The translations under genes and the position numbers were made by a program. 64,000 bases of DNA, taken from Centroscyllium fabricii. Its lineage: Eukaryota. This document shows, piece after piece, positions 12,862 through 25,453 of this stretch. The number at the start of each line of letters is the position of its first letter. The first letter of the stretch is position 1. The DNA is taken from NCBI GenBank assembly GCA_051313645.2, contig JBNRSN020000003.1:442370001-442434000 (forward strand), given 5' to 3'. The notes under the pieces are model-generated. The model ran no database searches, was not told the DNA's origin, and saw only the letters and a program-made list of their open reading frames with translations.

Positions 12862-13424
12862 CTGTACAGTTGTAGCAAGACTTCCCTATTTTTATACTCC
12901 ATCCCCCTTAAATTATTATGATTAATTGACAGAGAAGAGCTTACTTTAAGAGGTTGTTATTACTAGGTGTGATGTGCACAGTTTTAAGGGGTCACAAGAA
13001 AGCTTTTTGTTTCAGGTAAGTTAGATAGAGAGAAACTATTCCCTCCTGTGAGTGGAGGGGGGGGGGGGTCCAGAACAAGGGGCCATAACCTTAAAATTAG
13101 AGCCAGGCCGTTCAGGGGTGATGCCAGGAAGCACTTCTTCACACAGAGGAGAGGAAATCTGGAACTCTCTCCCCAAAAAAGCTGTTGAAGCTATGGGTCA
13201 GTTGAAGTTTTGATGGATATTTGTTCAGCAACAGATATTAAGGGTTACGGAACCAAGGCGGTTCGATGGAGTGAAGATTCCGATTCGCCATGATCTAATT
13301 AAACGGTGGAACAGGCTCGAGGGGCTGAATGGCCGCCTCCTGTTCCTATGCTCCTACAAGAAATCTGCCACAGGTAAAGAGATTCTGGCGTAGAGATTTC
13401 GAATTGGAAATAACAGAATACGTA

Positions 13425-13645
13425 TCTCCAGTGAATAGCTGAGCCGTACAGAGTTTGAATCCTGTCTGTTCCAGGTTTGAGCCCTTTCTGTGGAGTTGGC
13501 CAGATTGGAGGTAGGGGCAATGCATTTAGCGTTCCTGTCCCTGGGTTACGGGTGGGAAAGACCGGCCAAGCTCCCTGCTCCTGAAGTGACCCCTGCTGGA
13601 AGTACATGTGTCTAGAAGTCAGGTGAGGACAAGTTAGTGACCATT
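13425..13645 (+). mobile_element. Old SINE fragment, LF-SINE-like
   Basis: cctgctcctga..gtgacccctgctggaa..gtcaggtgaggaca motif recalled from elasmobranch SINEs. Confidence 0.4.
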
Positions 13646-13672
13646 TCTGGAAAGTAAGAGGTAAGAAAGTAT

Positions 13673-14219
13673 GAAAGACTTGCATTTCTCTAGCAACTTT
13701 CACAACCTCAGGACGTCCCAAATGGAAGTACTTTTGAAGTGTCTGTGGTAATATTGAACAGACTTCCAGGGGGAAGACTAAGGGGTGAACTCTGTACATG
13801 TCACTTCCTGTTTCCTGTTACTATAAATACTGGAACTGCTCAGTATGGGGAGAAAGCTTCACCTGGAAGCATGGTAAAACCCATCTTTGTACATAGTGAT
13901 AATGCTTTAAGTTATTGATGTCTCAGACTCCATTATTACATCAATGTCGTCACTGTGTAACGTAAGAAACGAAGCAGCCATTTTGAGCACAGCATGATCC
14001 CACAAACAGCAATGTGATCATGACCAGATAATCAGTTTTTAGTGATGTTGGTCGAGGTATAAATGATGACCAGGACACTGGGAGAATTCGCCTGCTCTTC
14101 TTTGAATAGTGGCCATGGGATCTTTTACGTCCACCTGAAAGAGCAGACAGGACCTGGGTTTAACGTCTCATCCGAAAGACCGCACCTCCGACAGTGCCGC
14201 ACTCACTCAGTACAGCACT
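13673..14219 (-). mobile_element. DeuSINE-like SINE interrupted by a solo LTR
   Basis: Matches the other copies on both sides of 13744-13943. Confidence 0.8.
13744..13943 (+). mobile_element. Solo LTR (200 bp)
   Basis: TG...CA ends, near-perfect 5-bp TSD gtgtc/atgtc, internal tataaata, splits a SINE. Confidence 0.65.
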
Positions 14220-14221
14220 TT

Positions 14222-14718
14222 AAAAAACTTTGTTCATGGGATGTGGGTGTCGCTGGTTAGGCCACCATTTATTGCCCATCCCAGGTTGCCCTTGAGATGG
14301 TGGTGGTGAGCTGTCTTCTGGAACCACTGCCGTCCGTGTGGTGAAGGCACTCCCACAGCGCTGTTAGGGAGGGAGTTCCAGGACTGTGACTCAGTGACAG
14401 TGAAGGAACAGCGATATATTTCCAAGTCAGGATGGTGTGAGACTTGCAGGGGGACTTGGAGGTGGTGGCGTTCCCATGCACCTGCTGCCCTTGTCCTTCT
14501 AGGAAGAGGTCGCAGGTTTGGGAGGTGCTGCGAAGAAGCCTTGGCGAGTTGCTGCAGTGCATCTTGTAGATGGTGTACACTGCAGCCACGGTACGCCAGT
14601 GGTGGAGGGAGTGAATGTTTAAGGTGGTAGATGGGGTGACAATCAAGCGGGCTGCTTTGTCCTGGATGGTGTCGAACTTCTTGAGTGATGTTGACACTGC
14701 ACTCATCCAGGCAAGTGG
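14222..14718 (-). mobile_element. Older CR1-group LINE 3' fragment (second family)
   Basis: DTIQDKAARLI..NIHSLHH..YKMHCSNSPRLL; also at ~38980-39190, 47750-48155, 52238-53560 and 58920-59220. Confidence 0.8.
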
Positions 14719-15299
14719 ATTATTACAACAACAACTTACATTTTTATAGAGCCTTTAACATATTAAAAACTTCACAATGCCCTTCACAGGAGTGTCAGCA
14801 GACAAAACATTACATACAAAGCTGGCCTGGTTGTAGCAAGAGACTGGGCCTGGAGTGGTTTATTAAAAATTAAAGGGAGTTTCTACAAATGCCAGGAGCA
14901 TGTCCTTGGCCAGGTTGTCAGGCAGTTACACAGCCGCAGTGGCTGATGTTTTAGGAGCCTACCCCTTCAGGAATTGTAAGATAACATTTTTAGACATGTC
15001 GGATTAGGCCAATATTCCTACATTACGACAGTGACCACACTTCAAAGGTACTTTCCTGGCCGTAAGCAGCTGATCGATTGAGTGATCAGCAGCGTGATTC
15101 CCTGGCTGAATGCCAAACGAGAACGCCACCACCTCCAAGGTTCCCCTCCAAGTCACACACCATCCTGACTTGGAAATATATCGGCCGATCCTTCATCGTC
15201 GCTGGGTCAAAATCCTGGAACTCCCTCACTAACAGGTCTGTGGGAGCACCTTCACCACACGGACTGCAGCGGTTCAAGAAGGCGTCTCACCACCATCTT

Positions 15300-15667
15300 G
15301 GGCGGCACGGTGGCACAGTGGTTAGCACTGCTGTCTCACAGCACTGGAGACCCGGGTTCAAATCCAGCCTCGGGTACTATCTGTGTGGAGTTTGCACATT
15401 CTCCCCGTGTCTGCGTGGGTTTCCTCCGGGTGCTCCGGTTTCCTCCCACAGTCCAAAGATGTGCGGGTTAGGTTGATTGGCCATGATAAATTGACCCTTA
15501 GTGTTAGGGGGATTGAATATGTGAGGTTACGGGGATAGGGTGGGATATGTGTTAATGCAGGCTCGATAGGGATCGAGGGATATGGGGACAAGGCAGAGAC
15601 CGGGTGCTGGGTTTGGATGATCAGCCATGATCTCATTGAATGGCAGAGCAGGCTCGAAGGGCCGAAT
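15300..15667 (+). mobile_element. HE1-like V-SINE (tail resumes at 18061-18107) inside an old CR1 (about 15122-18185)
   Basis: Head and V-domain intact; tail split at cgaat by a younger CR1. Confidence 0.9.
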
Positions 15668-18055
15668 CATAGAATCATAGAAGATAGGAGCAGGAGTCGG
15701 CCATTCGGCCCTTCGAGCCTGCTCCGCCATTCAATGAGATCATGGCTGATCTTACACGTTCAGTACCCAGTCCCTGCCTTCTCCCCATATCCCTTAATCC
15801 CTTTAGCCTGAAGAAATATATCCAGTTCCCTCTTGAATATATTCAATGAACCGGTTCACCACTCTCTGTGTGAAGAATTTCCTCCTCATCTCAGTCCTAC
15901 AAGGCTTACCCCTTATCCTTAGACTATGCCCCCTGGTTCTCGACTCCCCGGCCATCGGAAACATCCTTTCTGCATCTAACCTGTCCAAGCCTGACAGAAT
16001 TTTATAAGTCTCGATGAGATCCCCTCTTAATCTTCTAAACTCCAGCGAGTATAAGCCCAGACTACACAATCTCTCCTCATAAGTCATTCCTGCCATCCCA
16101 GGTATCAGCCTGGTGAATCGTCGCTGCATTCCCTCCATGGCAAGAACATCCTTCCTCAGATGCGGCGACCAAAACTGCACACAATACTCAAGGTGTGGCC
16201 TCACCAAGACCCTGTACAGCTGCAGCAAGACATCCCTATTCCTATACTCAAACCCTCTTGATATAAAGGCCAATATACCATTTGCCTTTTTAACCGCCTG
16301 CTGCACCTGCATGGTCACCTTCAGTGACTGGTGCACAAGAACACCCAGATCTCTTTGCACTTCCCCATCTCCCAATCTATTGCCGTTCAAATAATACTCT
16401 GCCTTTCTGTTTTTGCTACCAAAGTGGATAACCTCACATTTATCCACATTATAGTGCATTTGCCATGTGTTCGCCCAATCCCCCAATCTGTCCAGGTCGC
16501 TCTGGAGCTTCCCGACATCCTCCTCAGAGCATACTCCCCTTCCAAGCTTAGTGTCATCTGCGAATTTGGAGATGTTACATCGAATTCCCTCATCCAGGTC
16601 ATTAATATATATTGTGAACAGCTGGGGTCCCAGTACCGACCCCTGTGGTACCCCACTAGTCACTGCCCGCCAATCAGAAAATGACCCGTTTATCCCAACT
16701 CTCTGTTTTCTATCTGCCAACCAGTTCTCTATCCATGCCAATACCTTGCCCCCAATCCCATGAGCCTTAATTTTGCCTGCCAATCTCCTATGAGGGACCT
16801 TGTCAAAGGCTTTCTGGAAGTCCAGATAAACCACATCTACTGGCTCTCCCCTATCTATTTTATCGGTTACATCCTCGAAGAATTCCAATAGATTTATCAA
16901 GCACGATTTACCTTTTGTAAATCCATGTTGACTCTGTCCGATCCCATCACTCTTAGTCAAGTGATCTGCTATTACGTCCTTAATAATGGACTCTAGCATT
17001 TTGCCCACAACCGATGTAAGGCTTACCGGTCTATAATTCCCCGCCTTCTCTCTACCCCCCTTTTTGAATAGTGGGGTAACATTAGCTACCCTCCAATCCT
17101 TGGGCACCATTTCAGAGTCTATTGAGTTCTGGAAAATGATCCTCAAAGCATCTGCTATCTCCAGGGCCACTTCCTTAAGCACCCTAGGATGCAGATTATC
17201 AGGCCTTGGGGATTTGTCGGCCTTTAATCCTTTCAATTTCCCGGACACCATATCCTTAGAAATATTGATTTCTTTCAGTTCCTCCCTCTCATTAGTCCCT
17301 ATGTTTCCCGACATCTCCGGGAGGCTATTTGTGTCCTCCTCCGTGAAGACAGAACCAAAATATGAATTTAATTGGTCCGCCATTTCCTTGTTCCCCATTA
17401 TATAATCTCCTGATTCGGACTGCAGGGGCCCGACTCTGGATTTCACCAGTCTCTTCCTTTTAATGTATCTGTAAAAGGTTTTGCAGTCAGTTTTTATGTT
17501 TGCCGCAAGCCTTCTTTCGTAATCTATTTTCCCCTTCTTAATTAATCCCTTTGTCCTCCTTTGCTGTATCCTGAATTGTTCCCAATCTTCAGGTTTGCTG
17601 CTTTTTTTGGCCAGTTGAAACACCCTTTCTTTGGTTTTTATGTTATCCCTAATTTCCCTTGTTATCCACGGTTGAGTCACCTTTTTTGGTTTATTTTTAT
17701 TCCAAACTGGTATAAACAAGCTCTGCGCTTCTTCCATTCGATCTTTGAATGCCTGCCATTGTTGATCCACCGTTAGCCCCCTGAGCGACACCCCCCAATC
17801 AATTGTACCCAACTCTCATCTCATACCATCATAGTTCCCTTTTCTTAAATTTAGGACCTTAGTCTCCGAGTCAATTTCTTCCCTCTCCATTCTGAGTGAG
17901 AATTCGATCATATTATGATCGCTCCGCCCCAATGGGCCTCGTACAACAAGATTGCCAATCAATCCCTTCTCATTGCACAGTACCCAGTCTAAGATGGCCT
18001 GATCCCGAGTTGGTTCCTCGACATATTGGTCCAGGAAACCATCTCGTATACATCT
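15668..18055 (-). mobile_element. Young 5'-truncated CR1 LINE, 2.4 kb
   Basis: End of endonuclease (SDHN) plus RT; cgaat duplicated at 15663 and 18056. Confidence 0.95.
15803..17812 (-). pseudogene. CR1 ORF2 reverse transcriptase remnant (669 aa)
   Basis: NYRPVSLTS, YLDFQKAFDKV, GVPQGSVLGP, FADDTK; in-frame TGA just upstream and a deletion after RVVN. Confidence 0.95.
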
Positions 18056-18706
18056 CGAATGGCCGACTCCTGCTCCTCTCTTCTATGTTTCTATGTTTCT
18101 ATGTTTCTCGAGGGCAACTAGGGATGGGCAATAAATGCTGGGCCTTGTCAACGATGCCCACATCCCAGGAACGAATAAAACTTTAAAAAAAACTTAATTA
18201 TACCTCAAGTGTTTGTGTTGGAGCTCCCAGAAGGAGCTGGGAGTTGATGAGCGCAACACAGATAAACCTCTGGGAGAGGGGGAAAAGTTACCTCCAGCTA
18301 ATCTTTTTCTGTGGTAAAATGAATCCAAATTGAACTATTTCATTACACCGGTAGCTCGAGATTCCAAATGGCAATTCCAACTTCACTTTAGACTTGTGCG
18401 TCCCTTGTTGTTTCTTCGATCATTCATACACAATAATGGTTTGCCTTGTTTATGCAAAAGAGGTTCCTAAAATAGCCCCCATAACACCTTGTGTTGTATT
18501 CCTGTTGCTAGGCGTGAATTTCGAAGAATCAGAGAATCGTACAGCCCAGAAGGAGGCCATTCGGCCCGTCATGTTCTTTAAAAGAACTATCCAATTAGTT
18601 CCACTCCCCCTGTTCTTCCCTCCTCGTCCTCCCAGTGTCCTGGCCAACATTTATCTCTCAACCAACACTACTAATAAAAAATCAGATTACCTGGTTACTT
18701 AAATTA

Positions 18707-19590
18707 CAGGTTGAGCACCGTTAATCTGGCACCCGATGGTCCGGCAGCTTCAGTGGTTCGGCACGAATCGAAACCAGCGGCCTTCAGTTTGTGGAGCAGC
18801 CGCTCGGCGCCGCCGCCGGTTCCCGCAAGGGCTGGGTGAGCGTCGGGCGTTTGGGTTGCTGTTGGACGGTGTTCTATCCCCGGGCTCCCTCCCGGGGAGT
18901 GTTCTACCGCATGCTCCGAGCCCCGGGGAGTGTTCTACCGTGCACTCCGGGCCCCGGGGAGTGTTCTACCGTACACTCTGGGCCCCGGGGAGTGTTCTAC
19001 CGTACACTCCGGGCCCCGGGGAGTGTTCTACCGCACACTCCGGGCCACGGGGAGTGTTCTACCACGCACTCCGGGCCCCGGGGAGTGTTCTCCCGTGCAC
19101 TCCGGGCCCCGGGGAGTGTTCTACCGCGCGCTCCGGGCCCCGGGGAGTGTTCTGCTCCGGGGAGTGTTCTGCCGTGGGCCCCGGGGAGTGTTCTACTGCA
19201 TGCTCCGAGCCACGGGGAGTGTTCTACTGCGCACTCCGGGCCCCGGCGAGTGTTCTACTGTGCGCTCCGGGCCCCGGGGAGTGTTCTACCGTGCGCTCCG
19301 GGCCCCGGGGGAATGTTCTACTGCGCGCTCCGAGCCCCAGCGAGTGTTCTACCGCGCGCTCCGGGACCCGGGGAATATTCTACCGGACCCCAGAGAATGT
19401 TCTACCGCACGCTCTGGGCCCCGGGGAGTGTTCCGCCTTGCGCTCCGGGCCCCGGGGAGTGTTCTACCGTGCACTCCGGGCCCCAGCGAGTGTTCTACCG
19501 CGCGCTCCCCCCGAACCTTTAGTGGTCCTGAATCTTCAGTAATCCGGCACCGGCCTGGTCCCGAGAGTGCCGGTGCCGGTGCTCGTCCTG
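18707..19590. mobile_element. Tigger/pogo-like MITE carrying a minisatellite
   Basis: TA-CAGGTTGAGCACCG ... CGGTGCTCGTCCTG-TA. Confidence 0.8.
18867..19512. repeat. 31-bp GC-rich minisatellite, about 20 copies
   Basis: Unit ggggagtgttctaccgtgcactccgggcccc; the 31-aa period in the ORF track equals three units. Confidence 0.95.
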
Positions 19591-19980
19591 TATTGCTATT
19601 TATGTGCAAATTTTTCCTTTTTCAAGTAAGAATTACACCAGCTTTCAGAATCGCTGCTGCCCCTTCTTGCTTGAAGTATCTCCGATTCTCATTAGCTTAA
19701 GGAACACATGGCCTCCAACGGGTTCTCCATTTAAACTGCAAAATTAAATATTTTTCGCCCAGTGAGTCTCTGCCAACAGTCCTCTTGAGCAATGAATTTT
19801 TGGAGTAATACAATGTTCCGCCCTGCTGTGAGAGCAAGTACGGTGCTCCAAAATCCTGGATGCATACACGTAGCATTTTCTTTTGGATGGGAGCAGATGA
19901 GGTACATTGGATTAGCAGATGGCCCTCTCGCCAGTTTAAAATTCAGGCCAGGAACATGGGTTGAATCAGTCTCACCCTTG

Positions 19981-20016
<36 letters not shown>

Positions 20017-20197
20017 TTGTGCACTAACCTGTTCACATTATTGAGTCTGAAGATGACAAAGGCATAAATGAATGTTTCAGCTGCAGATGGGATCAGGTAG
20101 GGGCGAAGGTAGGCACTGTGATGGGGGTGGTGTTTGTAATGGAGGGGGTATGGAGATGGAAACTCGTCTTGGGGTTGAGTAGGAAGAGAAGGTTACA

Positions 20198-20387
20198 AAA
20201 TAACAACAGGAAGTGCTGGAAACACTCAGCAGGTTGGGCAGTATCGAGGAGAGAAAACACAACCCTTCGATCCGAAACGTTGACATTGTTTCCCTCTCAG
20301 CAGGTCAGGCAGCATCGAGCAGAGTGTTTCCAGCACTTCCTGTTGTTATTTCAGATTTCCAGCACCCGCACTATTTTGCTATTGTCC
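20198..20387 (+). mobile_element. Fold-back element of a second Penelope-like family
   Basis: ~30-bp inverted arms aaataacaacaggaagtgctggaaacactc, cgaaacgtt ribozyme remnant, unique tail, 12-bp TSD gagaaggttaca. Confidence 0.7.
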
Positions 20388-21464
20388 GAGAAGGTTACAG
20401 TCTGGTTCAGCTGAGACAGTAGCCAAGGATGGTGGTGTGGGCGCGGAGTTTGTGCTGGGGAGGCCAAAAGGTGATGGTTTTGGTCTCCCAGAGTTCGGGT
20501 TTGAGTAAAATTACGGCTGTCCGAAAAAGCACTCTGGTAGAGGGGTCACGAGAGGTGGTGGAGAGCTGGGTGTCCACACCGCACATGTGAAAGCTGACCC
20601 CACGTTTCCAGATAATGTCGCCAAAGGCCAGCATGTAGCTGATGAAGAAGAATGAGCCAAGAAAAGATCCTTGGGGCAATCAAAGAATAGGACGGCACAG
20701 AAGGAGGCAATTCGGCCAATCGAGTCTGCGCCGGCTCTTTCGAAGAGCAATCGCGTCAGTCCCACTCCCCCCGGCTCTTTCCCCATAGCCCTGCAACTTT
20801 CTCTCCTTCATGTATTTATCCAGTTCCCCTTTGACTCCGCCTGATGCAGAGCATTCCAAATCCTTACCACTCGCTACGTAAAAAAGTTTTTCCTCGTGTC
20901 GCCTCTGGTTCTTTTGCCAATCACCTTAAATCTGTGCCCGCTGGTTATCGACCCTCAGCCATCAGAAACAGTTTCTCTTTTTATTTACTCGATCTAAACC
21001 CTTCAACGCCTTTATCGAATCTCCTCATGCCCTTCTCTGTTCTAAGGATTCATAATTCAGCATGAATTGGTTAGTTTTACTCAAATCAAGAGGATGGTTG
21101 GTACCGGTGCAGTGAAGCAATGATGTCCACGTGAAGCCGCAAGCCCGGTTAATACGGCCCTCGAAGCCTTGGGCATCAGAGTAGAGCAGCTTCCCAACTT
21201 CAGTACTTGGGTGAGCCATGTAACTGGACCGTTACTAGCCAAAGGCCTGATCGTAACTCTGTTGCTCCTGAGGTCATTGTAATCGGAATAAACAGTTGTA
21301 AGAGGATCCTCCATATGCATAAAATGCACTTGCTTCTATTTCATAGTCCTGTAAGATGGATTGAAAGTTTGTTGGGATAATTGTTCATATTAGAAGTTTC
21401 TCTCCATTCACTGAAACCAGATTTCAAGCCCAGCCTCAAGGAACACTAGAGTTTGTTCATTTAC

Positions 21465-22670
21465 TGTACCTCCATATTTAAGAAAGGACATACTTGCTCT
21501 CGAGGCACTACAAAGAAGGTTCACTCGGTTAATTCCGGGGATGAGGGGGCTGACATATGACGAGGGGTTGAGTAGATTGGGCCTCTACTCATTGGAGTTC
21601 AGAAGAATGAGAGGCGATCTTACTGAAACATATAAGATTGTGAGAGGGCTATTTTTTTTATTCGTTGATGGGATGTGGGCATCACTGGCTGGCTTGTCCG
21701 GCATTTAGTGCCCATCCCTAATTGCCCTTGAGAAGATGGTGGTGAGCCGCCGCCTTGAACCGCTGCAGTCCATATGGTGTAGGTACACCCACAATGTTGC
21801 GTAGTGGATGTTTACAACTGAGTGGCTTGCTGGGCCATTTCAGAGGGCATTAAGAGTCAACCACATTGCTGTGGGTCTGGAGTCACATGTAGGCTAGACC
21901 AGGTAAGGACGGCAGATTTCCTTCCCTAAAGGATATTAGTGAACCAGATGGGTTTTTGCAACAATCGACAATGGTATCATTGTCGCCATTACGAAGACTG
22001 ACATTTAATTCCAGAATTAAATTGAATTGAATTTAAATTCCACCAGCTGCCGTGGTGGGATTTGAACCCATATCCTCAGAGCATTTGACTGAGCCTCTGG
22101 CTTACTAGTCTAGTGACATAACCACTACGCCACCGCCTCCCGGGTGGATGCAGTGAGGATGTTCCCAATGGTGGGTGAAACTAGGACTAGGGGCATAATC
22201 TTAAAATAAGGGGCTGCCATTTCAAAACTGAGATGAGGAGAAACTTCTTCACTCAGAGGGTGGTGGGGCTGTGGAATTTGCTGCCCCAGAGAGCTGTGGA
22301 AGCTACTACATTGAATAAATTTAAAACAGCGATAGACAGTTTCCTGGAAGTAAAGGGAATTAGGGGTTATGGTGAGCGGGTAGGTAAGTGGACGTGAGGC
22401 TAGATTCAGATTGACCATGTAATCTCCTGGACCAGTTTTCGATCGCCTAGATGGGTCGGAGAGGAATTTCCCAGATTTTTTCTCCCAAATTGGCCACTGG
22501 GTTTTTTATCTGGTTTTTCGCCTCTCCCGGGTGATCACATGGGTTTGGGCGGGATGGAGAGTAAAAGTAAAATTGAGGTTAGGATCTGATCAGCCATGAT
22601 CTCATTGAATGGCGGAGCAGGCTCGAGGGGCCGATTGGCCGACTCCTGCTCCTATTTCTTATGTTCTTAT
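21465..22670 (+). mobile_element. CR1 3' fragment with extended 3' UTR
   Basis: Closely similar to the 3' part of the 40732-42045 copy. Confidence 0.9.
21652..22141 (-). mobile_element. tRNA-derived SINE with the tail of the older CR1 family
   Basis: Head ggaggcggtggcgtagtgg...gggttcaaatccc on the minus strand; tail shared with the 14222 family; splits the CR1. Confidence 0.75.
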
Positions 22671-23195
22671 GAGACTTCTGGAAGGGAATGGAGGAAAACT
22701 AACGATCATAAAATGTACACACCTAAAACGGGGCATGCTCTTCATCGGTGTCCATGGTCATTCAGTCTCGGCCTGCGGTATTGTTATTGACGGGATATCA
22801 GAACCCTCACTATCTGACGGAGCTTTTAACTCTGATTAAAATCACCGGGCGAAGGTGTTGAAGTTGCCAATAATCAAACTGGAACCCCTGCTCGAGTTAG
22901 CAAAAGCTTACTGAGCTGTGACGGAACAGAGGCTCTTTCTCAGCACTGGCTTGGCCCCTGCCCAGTTTGGACACGGTGCTGCCTCCATCGCCAGATACCT
23001 CCCCATCTCCCCCCCGCCCCCAGCCCCCCCACCCGCCCCTTCCTCAACAACAACAAAAAGGACATGCAACATATTTCAAATCTCTTGGAAGTGGTTTCAG
23101 TAGAATTCTGAAGTGGATTCACACATTGTGGGGGGTGGGCGGTGTAGTCCAAAACTAGGGGACATAGATATAAGGTAGCCACTAATACGTCCAAT

Positions 23196-23668
23196 AGAAA
23201 GACCTGCATTTCTATAGCGCCTTTCACAACCACCAGATGTCCCAAAGCACTTTACAGATAATGAAGTACATTTTTTTTGAAGTGGAGTCACTGTTGTAAT
23301 GTAGGAAACATGGCAGCCAATTTGCACACAGCAAGCTCCCACAAACAGCAATGTGTTAATGACCAGGTAATCTGTTTTTAGTGATGTTAATCGAGGGATA
23401 AATATTGGCCCCAGGACACCGGGGAGAACTCTCCTGCTCTTCTTCCAAATAGTGGCCATGGCACCTTTTATGTCCTCCTGAGAGAGCAGACGGGGGCCTC
23501 GGTTTAATGTCTCGTCTGAAAGACGGCACCTCCGACAGTGCAGCGCTCCCTCAGCACTGCACCGGGAGAGTCAGCCTAAATTTTTGTGCTGAAGTCTCTG
23601 GAGTGGGGACTTGAACCCACAACCTTCTGACTCCAAGGCAAGAGTGCGCTACCCACGGCTGACACACA
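23196..23668 (-). mobile_element. DeuSINE-like SINE
   Basis: Full-length match to the other copies. Confidence 0.85.
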
Positions 23669-25044
23669 CTAGGGAATCCGGGAGAACCTTCTTTACCCAG
23701 AGAATGGTGAGAATGTGGAACTCGCTACCACAAGGTTTGGTGTGGGGCGAATAGCGCAGATGTGTTTATGGCGAAGCTAGATAAGTGCATGGGGGAGAAA
23801 GGAATAGAAGGTTCTGCTGATAGGGTGAGAGGAAGAGGGTGTGGAGAATAAACACCGTACAGACCAGTGGGGCCGAATGGCCAGTTTCTGTGCTGTAACT
23901 TGCTGAACAAAGTCTTGATGTAGTTTGAAGATCTCGGAGTTGGAGCTGTAAAGAAAACAGATGGAAGAGCTACTGAAACAGGAACAGGCACTTTGCGCTT
24001 GGAACTTAACGCTGTCGGAGCTTAACTGACCTGCGGCCAGAGATTGCTGTTATTTTTGCTGCAGCAGAGAGTGATCGTAACAAAATGTGGCAATTAAAGT
24101 AAACCGGTGCAGCTTAAAGTGCGCAGGCAGAACCTTGCGATCATGTTGCAGCCTTTCCCTTCTGTCCCTACTCTTTGTTTGACTTTGTCACTGTTGCTGC
24201 AACCTTTTTTTTAATATAATGGTACCATCGGAAAACGTGAAAAAAGAGGCAGAGCTGCACTTTCGGATTAGATGTCAAACCGAGGCCCCTGCCCATCTGC
24301 CCCCTCGGGTGGATGTAAACGATCCCATTGCGGAGAAGTGCAAGGGAGTTCTTCCCGGCAATTATCACATTGCTGTTTGTGGGAGCTTGCTGTGCACAAA
24401 TTGGCTGCCGTGTTTCCGACACTACAACATTGATTCCACTTCGAAAAGTACTTCGTTGGCTATGAAGCACTTTGGGTCGCCCTGAGGTTGTGAAAGGCGC
24501 TATAGAAATGTAACTTCTTTCTTTTAGTGGCAAGTTTTATAAAGTAGAATATGGCAGAGGCCTGGGAGCCAGTTTGCCGTGCCAGACGGGAAAGGATAAT
24601 ATGGAAATGCTACCCTGTTCTAGTTTAATGGAATTGGCGACGTGCAAATCAAAAATGAGTCATATTCTGCTGTTAATGGCGGCATCCATTCACTTGTCCT
24701 AATAATCCTCTGCCCCTTCAATTATTTAGGAGTCATGCGTGCATAAAACGTGGATTAATGTACTTCAAGGCACTTGTTGTTAAGTTGCTGATTGCTCTAT
24801 TGTGTTAGTCAGTTGATCTTGAAAGTGGGTCATTGATTCTCGTAATAGATCATTCAGTCACGGTGCTTCAGCAAACAATGCACTCCGTAATCGACCCGTG
24901 CAATCTTGGCAGATCACACGGTAGAAATGGTCGCGTGACCGTAGTCGGGGTCCTAATCGGCGCGGAGGGCAATGGCCAGATTCCTGTGCCCTTCGCCGAG
25001 GGCAGTGATTGTTTGGGAGCTATTTTCGCAGCGCTGGAGCTTTT

Positions 25045-25453
25045 CATAGAACATAGAAACATAGAAGATAGGAGCAGGAGTAGGCCATTCGGCCCTTCGA
25101 GCCTGCTCCGCCATTCAGTGAGATCATGGCTGATCATCCAAACCCAGTACCCTATCCCTGCCCTCTCCCCATATCCCTCGATCCCTATCGAGCCTGCACC
25201 GACACATATCCCACCCTATCCCCGTAACCCCACATACTCAATCCCCCTAACACTAAGGGTCAATTTATCATGGCCAATCAACCTAACCCGCACATCTTTG
25301 GACTGTGGGAGGAAACCGGAGCACCCGGAGGAAACCCACGCGGACACGGGGAGAATGTGCAAACTCCACACAGATAGTCACCCGAGGCCGGATTTGAACC
25401 CGGGTCTCTAGTGCTGTGAGGCAACAGTGCTGACCACTATGCCACCGTGCCGC
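25045..25453 (-). mobile_element. HE1-like V-SINE, long-tail form
   Basis: Reverse complement of the 2346-2731 type. Confidence 0.9.

Larger units (their letters stand above)
11702..12905 (-). mobile_element. CR1 3' fragment containing a Penelope insertion
   Basis: EYKNREVLLQLY|[24 protein letters not shown]. Confidence 0.9.

Noticed and set aside
18736-19700. Three overlapping 243-268 aa ORFs and a CRISPR-like 31-bp periodicity
   Set aside because: Head-to-tail minisatellite with no unique spacers; the ORFs exist only because the unit lacks stop codons
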